A stretch of DNA of 43,320 bases from Candidatus Cloacimonadota bacterium (GCA_029564175.1 JAKQQL010000019.1:1-43320); one strand, 5' to 3'; positions 1-10,677 are shown, counted from the first letter of the stretch. Translations and numbers: made by a program. Notes: generated by a model not told the origin, from the sequence alone.

Positions 1-212
1 ATTGGCTCATTTTTCTTTGTCTTTGGTTGATTCATGATCTACTCCTTGTCTTTTTTATTTTCAAATTCAATAAAACAAAGAGTTGGATCTGGATCAACCT
101 TTTTTTTTATCTTTTTACACCAACTTTTGAGATGTTATCGAACTGGAGCAATATTATTGGAATAATTTATGCTATAATTATCTATAAATCATTATGTTTA
201 AGGAGAGAATAT

Positions 213-1319
213 ATGAAAAAGCAAGTCTATATTGTTTTATTTATCAGTATTTTGATTATTGCTTGTTCCAGAGATCATCATCCCCTTGTCGTTCAGGAAT
301 GTGGTTCTATCCCTGTAAAAATGAATTTAAGTCCAGCTTTTAGTTTGGGTTATCAGGTTGACAAGGTCTTGGTCAGCATTCAGAAAGAAGCTTTTCTGGA
401 TTCTATGTATATGTTGCTGGACTTAGAAAACCAAACTGCTTCTGGTGAGTTCACAGAGTTATCTCCTGGATTGTATTCAATAAAAGTTAAAGTATTTGCA
501 GACAATATTTTAATAGCTACAGGAGTAGGGCAGGGGCAAGTGTTACCAGGACAAAACTCAATAGTTCAAATTTCTTTGCAGTTAGTTCCAGGTAGTTTGA
601 CCGTAGAAGTAGATTGGGGAGATATCATGCCTGATTATCCTAAAAATCTACTTTTTATTGGTAACAGCTATACTTACTATAATGATGGATTATGGTCAAT
701 AGTCAAAGAGATGGCCGAATCAGCTCATCCAGAATGGATCATCACAACAGGACATGTTACGCCTGGTGGCTATACACTGGAAGGTCATTATGAATATCCT
801 GAAACTGTCAATGCAATTACAAGTCAGTTATATGATTTAGTTATTCTTCAGGAGCAAAGTGTACGTCCTGTTTATGAAACAGATTTATTTTTTCGCTATG
901 CTGAACTGATTAATCAGATGATTATTGCAAATAATTCCAAAACTGCGTTTTACATGACTCATGCCAGACAAAACAATCCTGATATGATCAATGACCTGGC
1001 TGATGCCTATACTCAGATTGGCTCTGAGCTAGGTGCTTTAGTTTGTCCTGCAGGACTGGCATGGAAAAAATCTCTTCAATACAATCCGACCTACAATCTT
1101 TATGAAAATGATGGTTCTCATCCCAATTTCAGAGGTTCGTATTTATCTGCATGTGTAATTTACGCAGCTATCTATCAGGAAAATCCAGTTGGAAATACAT
1201 TTCAAAGCAATCCGCTAATCTCTGAATCTGAAAGATTATTTCTTCAGGAGATTGCCTGGGAAACGGTATGTGATTATTTTGGATGGCCAGCAAAAAATTT
1301 AAAAGTGTCAGGGTTTTAA
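213..1319 (+). CDS. Lipoprotein with N-terminal beta-rich domain and C-terminal SGNH/GDSL hydrolase (DUF4886-like)
   Basis: ATG at 213 follows AGGAGA RBS, so the ORF-track start at 27 is too long. Lipobox-like LIIAC signal. SGNH motifs FIGNSYT, LQEQS and DGSHP. Confidence 0.8.
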   Translation: MKKQVYIVLFISILIIACSRDHHPLVVQECGSIPVKMNLSPAFSLGYQVDKVLVSIQKEAFLDSMYMLLDLENQTASGEFTELSPGLYSIKVKVFADNILIATGVGQGQVLPGQNSIVQISLQLVPGSLTVEVDWGDIMPDYPKNLLFIGNSYTYYNDGLWSIVKEMAESAHPEWIITTGHVTPGGYTLEGHYEYPETVNAITSQLYDLVILQEQSVRPVYETDLFFRYAELINQMIIANNSKTAFYMTHARQNNPDMINDLADAYTQIGSELGALVCPAGLAWKKSLQYNPTYNLYENDGSHPNFRGSYLSACVIYAAIYQENPVGNTFQSNPLISESERLFLQEIAWETVCDYFGWPAKNLKVSGF

Positions 1320-1373
1320 TGAGTCATTTAAACAAATATCAACCCTATCAATATTTAAGTCGTTTTTATTTTC

Positions 1374-1415
1374 TTTCCTTATTCTATCCTTATTGCTTCC
1401 TTATCTAATCCTATT
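1374..1415. repeat. Dispersed 32-bp motif with 11-bp-phased TCCTTAT units, copy 1
   Basis: TTTCCTTATTCTATCCTTATTGCTTCCTTATC at 1374-1405. TCCTTAT at 1376, 1387 and 1398, plus a degenerate unit at 1409. Confidence 0.85.
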
Positions 1416-1543
1416 TGTAAAATATCCAAAAATACCTGTTTTTTTGAGTTAAAAGTAAGTGCTTAAACAGTAAGGTATGGTGTAAAAACAATTGAATCTT
1501 GAAGATTATATAAGCAATATTATGTAAACCAAAGGGTGTAAAG

Positions 1544-1564
1544 AAAAAGCCGGTTGCCCGGCTT
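1544..1564 (-). terminator. Rho-independent terminator of the MarR-OsmC-thioredoxin operon
   Basis: AAGCCGG-TTGC-CCGGCTT hairpin with a U-tail on the minus strand, just downstream of the stop at 1569. Confidence 0.7.
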
Positions 1565-1568
1565 GTGA

Positions 1569-2006
1569 TTATTTCTTAATTAAACCTTTCAGATGCTCAA
1601 TATATTTTACTGAGCCACCTTCCTGGTATCCTGTTCTTGCGATTTCTTTTTTATCAAAATTTACCAGCACGATTGTAGGAAAACCTTGAATCTTAAATTG
1701 TTCTATGAGTGCACGGTTTGCTTTTTTAAGTTCATCTGATTGTTTGATATTTTTTGGGGTATCAATCTTCAAAAGTACCAGATTTTTTTTGGCATAGCTG
1801 TTAAACTCTTTAGTAGAAAAGACTTCTTTATCAAGTCTTTTACACCAGATACACCAGTCAGAACCGGTAAAATTGATGAGTACAGGGACTTTTTTAGATT
1901 TAGCTTCTTTGATTGCTTCATCATAATTCTCGAACCATTTAAGCTCTTGTGCAAATGAAATAGCAACAAGACTTAATAGGATGATCGTAAAGAATATTTT
2001 TTTCAT
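1569..2006 (-). CDS. Exported thioredoxin-family protein
   Basis: Signal peptide; FTGSDWCIWC CxxC motif; GFPT cis-Pro loop. Confidence 0.9.
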   Translation of the reverse strand: MKKIFFTIILLSLVAISFAQELKWFENYDEAIKEAKSKKVPVLINFTGSDWCIWCKRLDKEVFSTKEFNSYAKKNLVLLKIDTPKNIKQSDELKKANRALIEQFKIQGFPTIVLVNFDKKEIARTGYQEGGSVKYIEHLKGLIKK

Positions 2007-2428
2007 GAGATTTCTTCTCCGTTAATGATGATCAGTACTTTTATATCAAAAGATTTTTTAAGCATTGCAGAAACGGCACAATATTTATCTTCTGATAAGT
2101 GAACTGCTTTCTTGACATTTTCAGCCTTTAAATCGTCTCCCTGGAAAATATAGGACAACACAACATTTTTATACACCATTGGGTGAGTTGTCTCATTATC
2201 AGCCGTTACTTTTAACTGAAAAGTAAAATCTTTGTGTTTCATTTTTTCCAGAATTGAGACGACATCCATTCCTGTACAACCTGCGAGTGCTGTTAAAAGA
2301 AGCCCCTTAGGTCTTGGACCACGGTCATCTCCCCCATTTTCTTTTGATGCATCTAAAACAAAATGATGATTATCCAGATCTACATCAAAAGTGAATTTCT
2401 CTTTCCAGGTTAAAGTTGTTTCAGCCAT
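2003..2428 (-). CDS. OsmC/YhfA-family protein
   Basis: GPRPKGLLLTALAGCTGMDV and KYCAVS motifs with two conserved Cys. Confidence 0.9.
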   Translation of the reverse strand: MAETTLTWKEKFTFDVDLDNHHFVLDASKENGGDDRGPRPKGLLLTALAGCTGMDVVSILEKMKHKDFTFQLKVTADNETTHPMVYKNVVLSYIFQGDDLKAENVKKAVHLSEDKYCAVSAMLKKSFDIKVLIIINGEEIS

Positions 2429-2440
2429 TTATGCCTCTGA

Positions 2441-2893
2441 TTAAAACTCATCTTGTGGTAATTCATGTAAGAATTGTTTCCATAATTTAAGGGCTTCATA
2501 TACGTTTTCAAGCGTTTCTTCATCTAATTTACCAAGAATCTTATTATAGCTTTTTACAGATTCATTGATATGTTTGTTAACCATATCTTTTCCTTCTTTT
2601 GTAATTTCAGCATAAAATACTCTTCTGTCATCTACAGAAGCGATTCTGATAATATAATTTTTACGAATAAGGCTATCCATTAAATGAGTGATACGACTGT
2701 GTGTTACACCAAGATGTTTAGCAAGTTCTTTCATACTTACCTGACGATCAACGGCGATTAAATAGTGTAACAAATTACATTCTACACGACCAAGCTTTGA
2801 ACATTTCTTCTGCATAAATTCAAAGTTACTCATTAATTGTGCAATTTCGCTGGTTACATTGTAAATGTGAGCTCCGATTTCGTTCTTTTTCAT
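2441..2893 (-). CDS. MarR-family transcriptional regulator
   Basis: wHTH segment SMKELAKHLGVTHSRITHLMDSL and DDRR wing motif. Confidence 0.9.
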   Translation of the reverse strand: MKKNEIGAHIYNVTSEIAQLMSNFEFMQKKCSKLGRVECNLLHYLIAVDRQVSMKELAKHLGVTHSRITHLMDSLIRKNYIIRIASVDDRRVFYAEITKEGKDMVNKHINESVKSYNKILGKLDEETLENVYEALKLWKQFLHELPQDEF

Positions 2894-3180
2894 TTTACTA
2901 CCTCTTTCTTATTTTATTATGGACATTTTTAACACAAAATGGTTAAACACTGCATATACATTATAGTATAACTAATCATTATTAAAAAAGCAAATTATTT
3001 TTTTATTTTTTTTACTAAAAATTCTCACAATATACTTTATTATGTTAAAAACCTTTATTGAAAACTTTTCAGCGGATAAAAATTAAAGCAATTTATAATT
3101 TGAAAGGGCTTTGAATTAGAAAAAGGTTGACTTCAAACTTGACCCAATAAATTAGTCATTTATTGAAAAATGGAGGTTAA

Positions 3181-4029
3181 ATGAATTACAGAAGTATAAA
3201 AAACTATTTGATTATAACGGTAGGCTTATTTTTAAATGCTTTTGCATGGGCAGCCTTTCTAATCCCTCATCAAATTGTTGGGGGTGGTATCAGCGGTATT
3301 GGCCTTTTAATATATTCTGCTACCGGTTTACCAGTTGGTGTTACTTTTTTTATTGCTAATATTTTTCTTATTGGAATAGCCATCAAGATATTAGGTTCAA
3401 AATTTGGTGCAAAAACTATTTATGGGATTATTGCCCTTTCAGCTTTTTTATCTGTATTACAAAAACTCATACCCAACGCACTGGTTCAGGACCCATTTAT
3501 GGCGACTCTGATCGGAGGAGCGATTGCCGGCTCTGGTATTGGTATCGCTTTTACTCAGGGAGGAAGTACCGGAGGAACAGATATTATTGCCATGATTATC
3601 AATAAATTTCATAACATCAGTCCGGGAAGAGTCATTTTAACGATTGATATTTTCATTATATCTTCATCATTTATTGTTTTTAATTCAATAGAAAAAATTA
3701 TATATGGCTTTGTGTGTATGGCTGTAGCTACCTATTCAATTGATATGATCTTAAATGGATCAAGAGAATCGGTACAAGTGACAATTATCTCAAGGCATTA
3801 TAGTGAAATTGCCAATAAAATTGGAAAAGAAATGAATAGAGGTGTAACACTCCTCAATGGAAGAGGATGGTATTCTAATGAAAACATCGAAGTTGTCATG
3901 ACAATGATTCATAAAAGTCAGGCAGGTGAGTTAATGAGAATTGTATCTGAAGTTGATAAGCAGGCATTTGTATCCATGGCAAGAGTCATGGGGGTTTATG
4001 GGAAAGGTTTTGAACAGCTGAGACAATAA
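3181..4029 (+). CDS. YitT-family membrane protein (DUF161/DUF2179)
   Basis: GGGISG and GGSTGGTDIIA motifs, multiple TM helices, C-terminal RGVT..GRGWYS; GGAGG RBS. Confidence 0.9.
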   Translation: MNYRSIKNYLIITVGLFLNAFAWAAFLIPHQIVGGGISGIGLLIYSATGLPVGVTFFIANIFLIGIAIKILGSKFGAKTIYGIIALSAFLSVLQKLIPNALVQDPFMATLIGGAIAGSGIGIAFTQGGSTGGTDIIAMIINKFHNISPGRVILTIDIFIISSSFIVFNSIEKIIYGFVCMAVATYSIDMILNGSRESVQVTIISRHYSEIANKIGKEMNRGVTLLNGRGWYSNENIEVVMTMIHKSQAGELMRIVSEVDKQAFVSMARVMGVYGKGFEQLRQ

Positions 4030-4097
4030 TAAAATGAAGAATACTATCAGAACAATTACTGCTTGTTTATCTGATTTCTATTGAATCACAATATCAT

Positions 4098-4125
4098 TTG
4101 ACAAAATTGATTCAGTCATTAGAAT
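4098..4125 (+). promoter_or_regulatory. Sigma70-type promoter upstream of apbE
   Basis: TTGACA (4098-4103), 16-bp spacer, TAGAAT (4120-4125). Confidence 0.5.
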
Positions 4126-4149
4126 GGAAAAAAATATCATAGAGGGAAA

Positions 4150-5154
4150 ATGAAAAAAAGAGACTGGCTTCACTTATCAATAATTATACTGATACTCATT
4201 TTTGGGTATTACCGATATAAACAAAAATTGTATCAACTCAATAATTCTCAAATTTTAATGGATACTCAGGTAGAAATCTCAATTTCTTCAAAAAACAGAC
4301 AAGTTAACAAAATACTAGATAAGGCTTTTGATCGTATTAGAATGTATGATGAAAAGTTTTCTTACTACAATTCAAAGAGTGAACTCAACAAAATTAATCA
4401 AAATCCATCTGAAATCGTATTGATTGACAAAGAGTTTCATGAAATTCTATCTGTTGCTCAAAAAATCAGCATAGAAAGTAATGGACTATATGACGTTACG
4501 ATTGGCAATCTAATTGAGGCATGGAATTTTAACAATGCGATTGTCCCTGATTCTCTTACTATTTTGAATGCAATGATAAACAGCGGTTATGAAAAACTTA
4601 ATCTAACAAAATCCAGTATAAAGAGACCATTTGGTATGAAAATCAATCTAGGTAGTATCAGTAAAGGTTACATTATTGATAAAACAATGGATTATCTGAT
4701 TAAACAAAATATTGAGGAAGCTTATATTAATGCAGGCGGAGATATCAGAGTGTATTCAAAGCATGATAAACCCATTCGTATTGGTATTCAGCATCCAAGA
4801 ATTGCAAATGATATTATTGCAACACTTGAAGTGAGTAATATGTCAGTCGTTACTTCGGGAGATTATGAAAGATTTTTTGAAAAAGATGGCATCAGATATC
4901 ATCATATCATCAATCCAAAAACAGGTTACCCTGCTCTTAAAACAATCTCTGTCACAGTCATATCTAAATCAGCACTAATTGCTGATGGATTAAGTACGAC
5001 ACTCTTTGTGATGAATCCAATCGAAGGCATTGAGTTAGTAAAAAAATATCCTGATACGGAAGCCATAATCTACTACAAATCTGATGAAGGCATTGTTTCT
5101 TTGAAATCATCAGGCATAAAAAAATATTTAGTATCGGAGAAATCTCTTGATTAA
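4150..5154 (+). CDS. apbE: FAD:protein FMN transferase
   Basis: LGSISKGY, NAGGDI, TSGDYERFF, YHHIINPKTG and ADGLST motifs. Confidence 0.92.
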   Translation: MKKRDWLHLSIIILILIFGYYRYKQKLYQLNNSQILMDTQVEISISSKNRQVNKILDKAFDRIRMYDEKFSYYNSKSELNKINQNPSEIVLIDKEFHEILSVAQKISIESNGLYDVTIGNLIEAWNFNNAIVPDSLTILNAMINSGYEKLNLTKSSIKRPFGMKINLGSISKGYIIDKTMDYLIKQNIEEAYINAGGDIRVYSKHDKPIRIGIQHPRIANDIIATLEVSNMSVVTSGDYERFFEKDGIRYHHIINPKTGYPALKTISVTVISKSALIADGLSTTLFVMNPIEGIELVKKYPDTEAIIYYKSDEGIVSLKSSGIKKYLVSEKSLD

Positions 5155-5929
5155 ACATGATGTTCAAAACCAGAAAGATACCAGACGCATAAAAATCGAT
5201 AAAGTAGGTGTAAAAAACATTCATTACCCGATTATTGTTGAAGACAGAGCGAATAAAATACAGCATACCACTGCGATTATTGATATTTATGTTGAGCTGC
5301 CTCATGAGTACAGAGGGACTCACATGAGCCGTTTTTTAGAAGTACTGAACAGTTATCATAAAGAAACTCTGATTGATAATCTAGAGCCATTTTTACATGA
5401 CATTAAACAGAAGCTACATTCGGAAGCTGCTTATGTCAATATCAAATTTCCTTACTTCATCAAAAAAACAGCTCCTGTTTCAAATATCGAGTCACTACTT
5501 GATTATCAATGTGAATTTTCTGCTGTCCTAAACAAATCTTTTGATTTTATCATCTCAGTAAATGTACCCGTTACGACTTTATGCCCCTGTTCAAAAGAAA
5601 TCAGTCAGTATGGTGCTCATAATCAAAGATCAAAAGTAACTTTAAAAGCTCGCTACAAAGATTTTATATGGATTGAAGAGCTAATTGCCTACGTAGAAAA
5701 ATCAGCCAGCTGTGAAATTTATCCTCTGTTAAAGCGGGTAGATGAAAAATATGTAACAGAAAAAGCATACGAAAACCCTGTCTTCGTGGAAGATATAGTT
5801 AGAGATATTACATTAAAACTAAAACAGGATAAGCGAATTACCTGGTTTAGTATAGAATCAGAGAACTTTGAATCGATTCATAACCATTCTGCTTATGCAT
5901 TTGTTGAACAAGAACAAAACGAAGATTAG
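5147..5929 (+). CDS. folE2: GTP cyclohydrolase IB (FolE2)
   Basis: RGTHMSRF, TTLCPCSK, GAHNQRS, LKRVDEK and ESIHNHSA motifs; TTG start. Confidence 0.95.
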   Translation: MIKHDVQNQKDTRRIKIDKVGVKNIHYPIIVEDRANKIQHTTAIIDIYVELPHEYRGTHMSRFLEVLNSYHKETLIDNLEPFLHDIKQKLHSEAAYVNIKFPYFIKKTAPVSNIESLLDYQCEFSAVLNKSFDFIISVNVPVTTLCPCSKEISQYGAHNQRSKVTLKARYKDFIWIEELIAYVEKSASCEIYPLLKRVDEKYVTEKAYENPVFVEDIVRDITLKLKQDKRITWFSIESENFESIHNHSAYAFVEQEQNED

Positions 5930-6015
5930 AGTTTTGTACTGCTATATAGGTATTCTGAAGAAAACAAATCACAATATACTTTTTCAGACTACATGAATAA
6001 AAGAAAGATCATTGA

Positions 6016-8721
6016 ATGAAAACCACACATAAAGTACTCAATAATGGATTTAAAGTTATTTTTACCAGAGATGATTCATACCCTTTAATCAACATTCAGT
6101 TATATGTAAAAATGGGCTCTTGCTGGGAAAACAATGACGAAGCAGGATTTAGCCACTTAATGGAACATTTGGTCTTTAAATCAACAGAGAAGTATCCACA
6201 GAATACTGTCATGGAAAGAGCATCGACCCTTGGTGGATCTATCAATGCCTTTACCGAATATGATTCTACTTGTTTTTATCTGACTCTGCCTAAAGAAAAA
6301 GTACATTTTGGACTAGATATTCTGGCTCAGTTAGTCAGATTTGCCAATTTCTCTGATGAAGAATTTTATTCAGAAAAAAAAGTAGTTATTGAAGAGCTTA
6401 AACAATACAGAAATGATAAAGAAGATTATTTTATTGAACAAATACCCGGTATGTATTTTAAAAAAAGTCCCTTTATAAAGCCAATCATTGGTTCTATGGA
6501 ATCCTTACAGAGATGCAAACCTGACGAATTAAGGCGCTTCTATCAAAAATACTATCAACCGCTCAATTGCTTTATCTGCATATCTGGGGACTTTAATACT
6601 TCTGCAATGCAAAATCGAATAAAGCATTATTTTGCCGACTGGATAAACAATCATAGTGATTCTTTTTTGCATGAACACCTGAATCAATATCATCAATTTT
6701 ATTCGCCTGGTTTTAAGGTTAAAGGTATCGATGAACTCAATCATCAGATTTATCACCATTTTCAACAAAATTTTAAAAGTAATCTGCTTGCTTTTGTTTT
6801 ACCTGAATTTTCAGACAAAAATAAAGATTCATATGCCCTGTCTTTACTTTGTAAAATGTTTGCGATGGGAAAAAACTCGATTCTGTATCAACGCCTCTTT
6901 ATCAAAGAAAAACTAGTAGATACAATCAAAGTACATTCTATTTCCGGCATTTACAATGGCTTGTGTCTGATACTGGTTCATCCTCGTAAGTATGATCAGA
7001 TTTATAAGATCATTCAGATTTTTATTGAAGAGCTCAAGGCATTGCCCGAGAATGTTAAAAACCTGGAAAACATTGAGTATCATAGAAATGAACTTATCTA
7101 TGCGTACTTATACTCTTTCGAATTTATGGAATCTCTTGGTCTAAGTATTGGTTCTGAAGAACTTTTAGGTAATTACCAGGAATTCTTCCTCTATTTAAAA
7201 AAAATGAAAGCGGTCAGCAGTAATGATTTAATAAAACTAGCCAGAGACGTATATTCTCTGAACTACCTTATGATCGCCACTTCAGGCAAAACTGCCCTCA
7301 AAATCGATGTCCTTACAGATTTACTAAATCAATTTAAAATGACTGATTTATACGATTCGAACTTCTCAGAATGGACATTTAATGTTCACAAAGAAATTAA
7401 ACACCTAAAATCTTCAGATTTACCTGATTTTATAAAAAAAACACAACGTCATTCATGCAATATCACTATTTCTGATTTGAATTCACAAAAGTCCTTGCTT
7501 TTTAAAGAACACGTCTTAGCAAATGGTATCAGACTTTTCATGAAAAAAGTTCCTCAAAAAGCGATGTGCGGTGTATCTTTAGCATTAAAAAGTGCTCAGA
7601 TATATGAAAATCATCATCAGTTAGGCTTGAACCAACTCACTTCTACCCTATTGATGTATGGTAATTCAAACATGAGTTATGAAGAATTTTTGAACTATTG
7701 CACAAAAAAGGGAGTACAATTCTCAATATCTTGCGCAAAAGAAAATACAAAGATTAAATTTAAATGTTTCAATGATCACCTGTATGATTCACTAGCCCTG
7801 ATTACTGATGTGCTATACCAGCCTGTTTTTCCAAAAGAACATTTCAAAAACCTGCAAAAAACATTTATCAGCACGATAAAAAGAATGCGGGATTATCCTC
7901 AAACTATGGCAGTCTATAACTGGAAACAGCTTATGTTTGGAGAACACTCAAATCTGTTGAGCAAAGATGGTCAGGTGGAGACTTTAAGTAATTTCTCCAC
8001 AGATGATTGTATGAACTGGCATGAAAAGCATCTGATTAACTGTAATGCGAACCTGGTTATCGCAGGAGATATTGATTTTGATAATGTCATTACTATTTGT
8101 GAAAAATTGTTCAATAGAGGTCAACATGAGAATATCAATCATGCTTTAATCAATCATATCGATCCTGCTGAAGATTCGTTTCGTATTATTCAAAATAAAC
8201 ATGATCAGTCTATCATCAATATTGGTGGTTTCAGTTGTAAATCAGATGAAGTTGAAAATAAAACAGCCCTGTTTATTCTTTCTCAAATTTTAGGGGGTGA
8301 AATTAACTCCAGACTTTTTAATGAGTTAAGAGAAAAAAGAGGTATCGCCTATTCAGTTGACTTTGATTTTGACAGTTTGGAAAATACAGGTTACTTCAAT
8401 GCGTTTTCTATTGTAGATAAGAATTATGAACAGGAAGCGATAAATGCTGTCCATACGATACTTGAGTCAATTGCCAGAAAAGGTGTAAGTAAAAAAGAAT
8501 TTAATACAGCACGTCAGTATATACTTGGTTTGAGTTGTCTGGAAGAGGAAAGTATCTTATCTCAGGTACAAGTGTTATCAACTATTTTTTTAGCAGGAAA
8601 GACTTATGATTATTATCTCAGAAGAAATGAACGTTTAATGAATGTTAAAATAGACAAATTACAAGAAATAGCATCTATGTATTTTAAGCCCGAGAAGCTT
8701 TATACATTAATATACAGGTAA
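6016..8721 (+). CDS. M16-family (pitrilysin/insulinase) zinc metallopeptidase with two fused halves
   Basis: HLMEH (HxxEH) motif, NAFTEYD, and C-terminal SRLFNELREKRGIAYSV. Confidence 0.92.
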   Translation: MKTTHKVLNNGFKVIFTRDDSYPLINIQLYVKMGSCWENNDEAGFSHLMEHLVFKSTEKYPQNTVMERASTLGGSINAFTEYDSTCFYLTLPKEKVHFGLDILAQLVRFANFSDEEFYSEKKVVIEELKQYRNDKEDYFIEQIPGMYFKKSPFIKPIIGSMESLQRCKPDELRRFYQKYYQPLNCFICISGDFNTSAMQNRIKHYFADWINNHSDSFLHEHLNQYHQFYSPGFKVKGIDELNHQIYHHFQQNFKSNLLAFVLPEFSDKNKDSYALSLLCKMFAMGKNSILYQRLFIKEKLVDTIKVHSISGIYNGLCLILVHPRKYDQIYKIIQIFIEELKALPENVKNLENIEYHRNELIYAYLYSFEFMESLGLSIGSEELLGNYQEFFLYLKKMKAVSSNDLIKLARDVYSLNYLMIATSGKTALKIDVLTDLLNQFKMTDLYDSNFSEWTFNVHKEIKHLKSSDLPDFIKKTQRHSCNITISDLNSQKSLLFKEHVLANGIRLFMKKVPQKAMCGVSLALKSAQIYENHHQLGLNQLTSTLLMYGNSNMSYEEFLNYCTKKGVQFSISCAKENTKIKFKCFNDHLYDSLALITDVLYQPVFPKEHFKNLQKTFISTIKRMRDYPQTMAVYNWKQLMFGEHSNLLSKDGQVETLSNFSTDDCMNWHEKHLINCNANLVIAGDIDFDNVITICEKLFNRGQHENINHALINHIDPAEDSFRIIQNKHDQSIINIGGFSCKSDEVENKTALFILSQILGGEINSRLFNELREKRGIAYSVDFDFDSLENTGYFNAFSIVDKNYEQEAINAVHTILESIARKGVSKKEFNTARQYILGLSCLEEESILSQVQVLSTIFLAGKTYDYYLRRNERLMNVKIDKLQEIASMYFKPEKLYTLIYR

Positions 8722-8725
8722 GAAT

Positions 8726-9556
8726 ATGAAAGTCAGTATTGGAATAGATTGTGGTTCAAGAACCATCAAGATGGTAGTAATCAATATCATGAATTATCAG
8801 ATCATTGACTCATCTGTTACGGAAAATGGATTATTCCCTCTTAAAATAATCAATGACCAGTTTAATAAAATCCTTTTAAATAATAAACTAGAAATAGACA
8901 ACATTGTTTGTATTGCGGGAACCGGTTATGGTAGAAACAGCATTGTCCTTGAGAATCTGGAATCAGTTAAAGAATCAGGAATAATCTGCCATATTTTTTC
9001 AGAAATTTCATGCCATGCAAAAGGCACTCATCAGTTATTGCCATTCTGCCCGACAATTATTGATATCGGCGGACAAGATTCTAAAATAATCAATATCAGT
9101 AATCAGGGAAAAGTGCTTGATTTTATAATGAATGATAAATGTGCAGCTGGTACGGGTAGATTTCTCGAAAAACTGGCTCAGATTTTAAATATGAATATAG
9201 ACGACCTTGATTGCTTAGCTGTTAAACATAATAAAGTGGTTTCAATCAGCAGTACTTGTGTTGTTTTTGCTGAATCGGAGATTATCGGTTTACTAGCCAA
9301 AGAAGAAAAAGCTGAAAATATTATTTACTCGATTTATCAGTCCATTGCAAGAAGAATTGTTAGTCAGGCAGGTTCAGTCTCTGTATGTAAGCCAATCGCT
9401 TTTGTCGGAGGCGTAGCTCATCATCACAGTATCAAAACGATATTTTCTGAGCTCTTCTCAAGTGAAGTGTTCTCTCCGGAAAATCCTTCGATTACAGGAG
9501 CACTTGGCGCTGCCATCCTGGCAATTGAACAATACAAAAAACAGGTAGAAAAATGA
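8726..9556 (+). CDS. 2-hydroxyacyl-CoA dehydratase activase (BadF/BadG/BcrA/BcrD, HgdC-like ATPase)
   Basis: GIDCGS, TGYGR, DIGGQDSK, MNDKCAAGTGRFLE and STCVVFAESE motifs. Confidence 0.9.
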   Translation: MKVSIGIDCGSRTIKMVVINIMNYQIIDSSVTENGLFPLKIINDQFNKILLNNKLEIDNIVCIAGTGYGRNSIVLENLESVKESGIICHIFSEISCHAKGTHQLLPFCPTIIDIGGQDSKIINISNQGKVLDFIMNDKCAAGTGRFLEKLAQILNMNIDDLDCLAVKHNKVVSISSTCVVFAESEIIGLLAKEEKAENIIYSIYQSIARRIVSQAGSVSVCKPIAFVGGVAHHHSIKTIFSELFSSEVFSPENPSITGALGAAILAIEQYKKQVEK

Positions 9557-10338
9557 AAATAGATTCACATATACACGCAGATTTTAGCTCTGACAGTACC
9601 ATAAAAATGGAAGAATTGATTGAAAAAGCGATTTTATGTCATTACCATTTTATTGCTTTTACTGAGCATTTTGATTTACTTCCTCGAGAAATAGTCAATT
9701 ATGGAATCCTGCCCTTAAAAAAGTACAAAAATCGAATAGAAAACCTCAGAGAAAAGTATCCTCAGATTCACATAGCATTTGGTTTAGAAATTGGAGAACC
9801 TCACAGAACAAAGCAGTTAAGGGAATTGTTGTTTAGTTATTTCAAACCTGATTACCTTATTGGCTCTCTCCATCTGCTGAAAAATGAAAAAAATCTATCT
9901 ACTCCAATAAATTTTTCTTTACTTGAATCGGATATTATGTTATATTATCAGGAGATAGTAGAAATGATAGATAGTGGAGGGTTTGATACATTGGGACATT
10001 TGGATATCTATAAACGGGAATTAACACAGGATTTTTGTATAAAGAGTGATTTTTCAGACATGATTGATCTTATACTGAAAAAACTGATTGATAAAAATAT
10101 ATGCCTTGAAATTAACTATTCAGGTTTCAGAGCAAAAATAAATCATTTTTTGCCTGATTTGAGCGTTTTAAAAAGGTATCTGGATTTAGGAGGTGAATTA
10201 ATTACGATTGGTTCTGACTCACATAGAATTGATTTTTTTGACAAATATTTTGATCAAACAATTGAAATTTTAAAAGATAATCATGTAAAAAGCATACATT
10301 ACAAGCAAGATAATAAATGGATTGGCATAAATATATAA
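9553..10338 (+). CDS. PHP-domain phosphatase, HisJ (histidinol-phosphatase) family
   Basis: DSHIH, FTEH, GHLD and TIGSDSH motifs. Confidence 0.85.
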   Translation: MKIDSHIHADFSSDSTIKMEELIEKAILCHYHFIAFTEHFDLLPREIVNYGILPLKKYKNRIENLREKYPQIHIAFGLEIGEPHRTKQLRELLFSYFKPDYLIGSLHLLKNEKNLSTPINFSLLESDIMLYYQEIVEMIDSGGFDTLGHLDIYKRELTQDFCIKSDFSDMIDLILKKLIDKNICLEINYSGFRAKINHFLPDLSVLKRYLDLGGELITIGSDSHRIDFFDKYFDQTIEILKDNHVKSIHYKQDNKWIGINI

Positions 10339-10347
10339 GAGGGAAAT

Positions 10348-10677
10348 ATGAAAGCGATTACATTGGATAAAGTAGAAACGGGGATGAAACTAGCTCAGGA
10401 TGTTCTGACTTCAAAAGGACAGGTTCTTTTAAAATCAGGACTGGAACTGGATGCTTATTATATAGGCATTCTTAATAAATACAACATTGATGTGATTGTT
10501 GTCTCATCGGAAGATGAACAACGGGAAATGTCTCCTGAAGAAAAATCAGCTCTTTTAATGCAAATCAGACCTGTCAAAAAAATGATCTTTCAAAAATGTA
10601 TTGATGATCCAATGATGTATGAAATGTACGAAGCAATTATTCAAAATGCTTTATGGGAGAAATGGAATGAAAAATAA
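10348..10677 (+). CDS. Small protein resembling the N-terminal domain of HD-GYP/HDOD proteins
   Basis: ITLDKVETGMKLAQDV..KGQVLLKSG..L...YI..L pattern, recognised from HD-GYP N-termini; overlaps the HDOD gene. Confidence 0.65.
   Translation: MKAITLDKVETGMKLAQDVLTSKGQVLLKSGLELDAYYIGILNKYNIDVIVVSSEDEQREMSPEEKSALLMQIRPVKKMIFQKCIDDPMMYEMYEAIIQNALWEKWNEK

Noticed and set aside
27..212. N-terminal extension of the first ORF from TTG 27
   Set aside because: The RBS and lipoprotein signal peptide begin at ATG 213; the upstream stretch is AT-rich and promoter-like.
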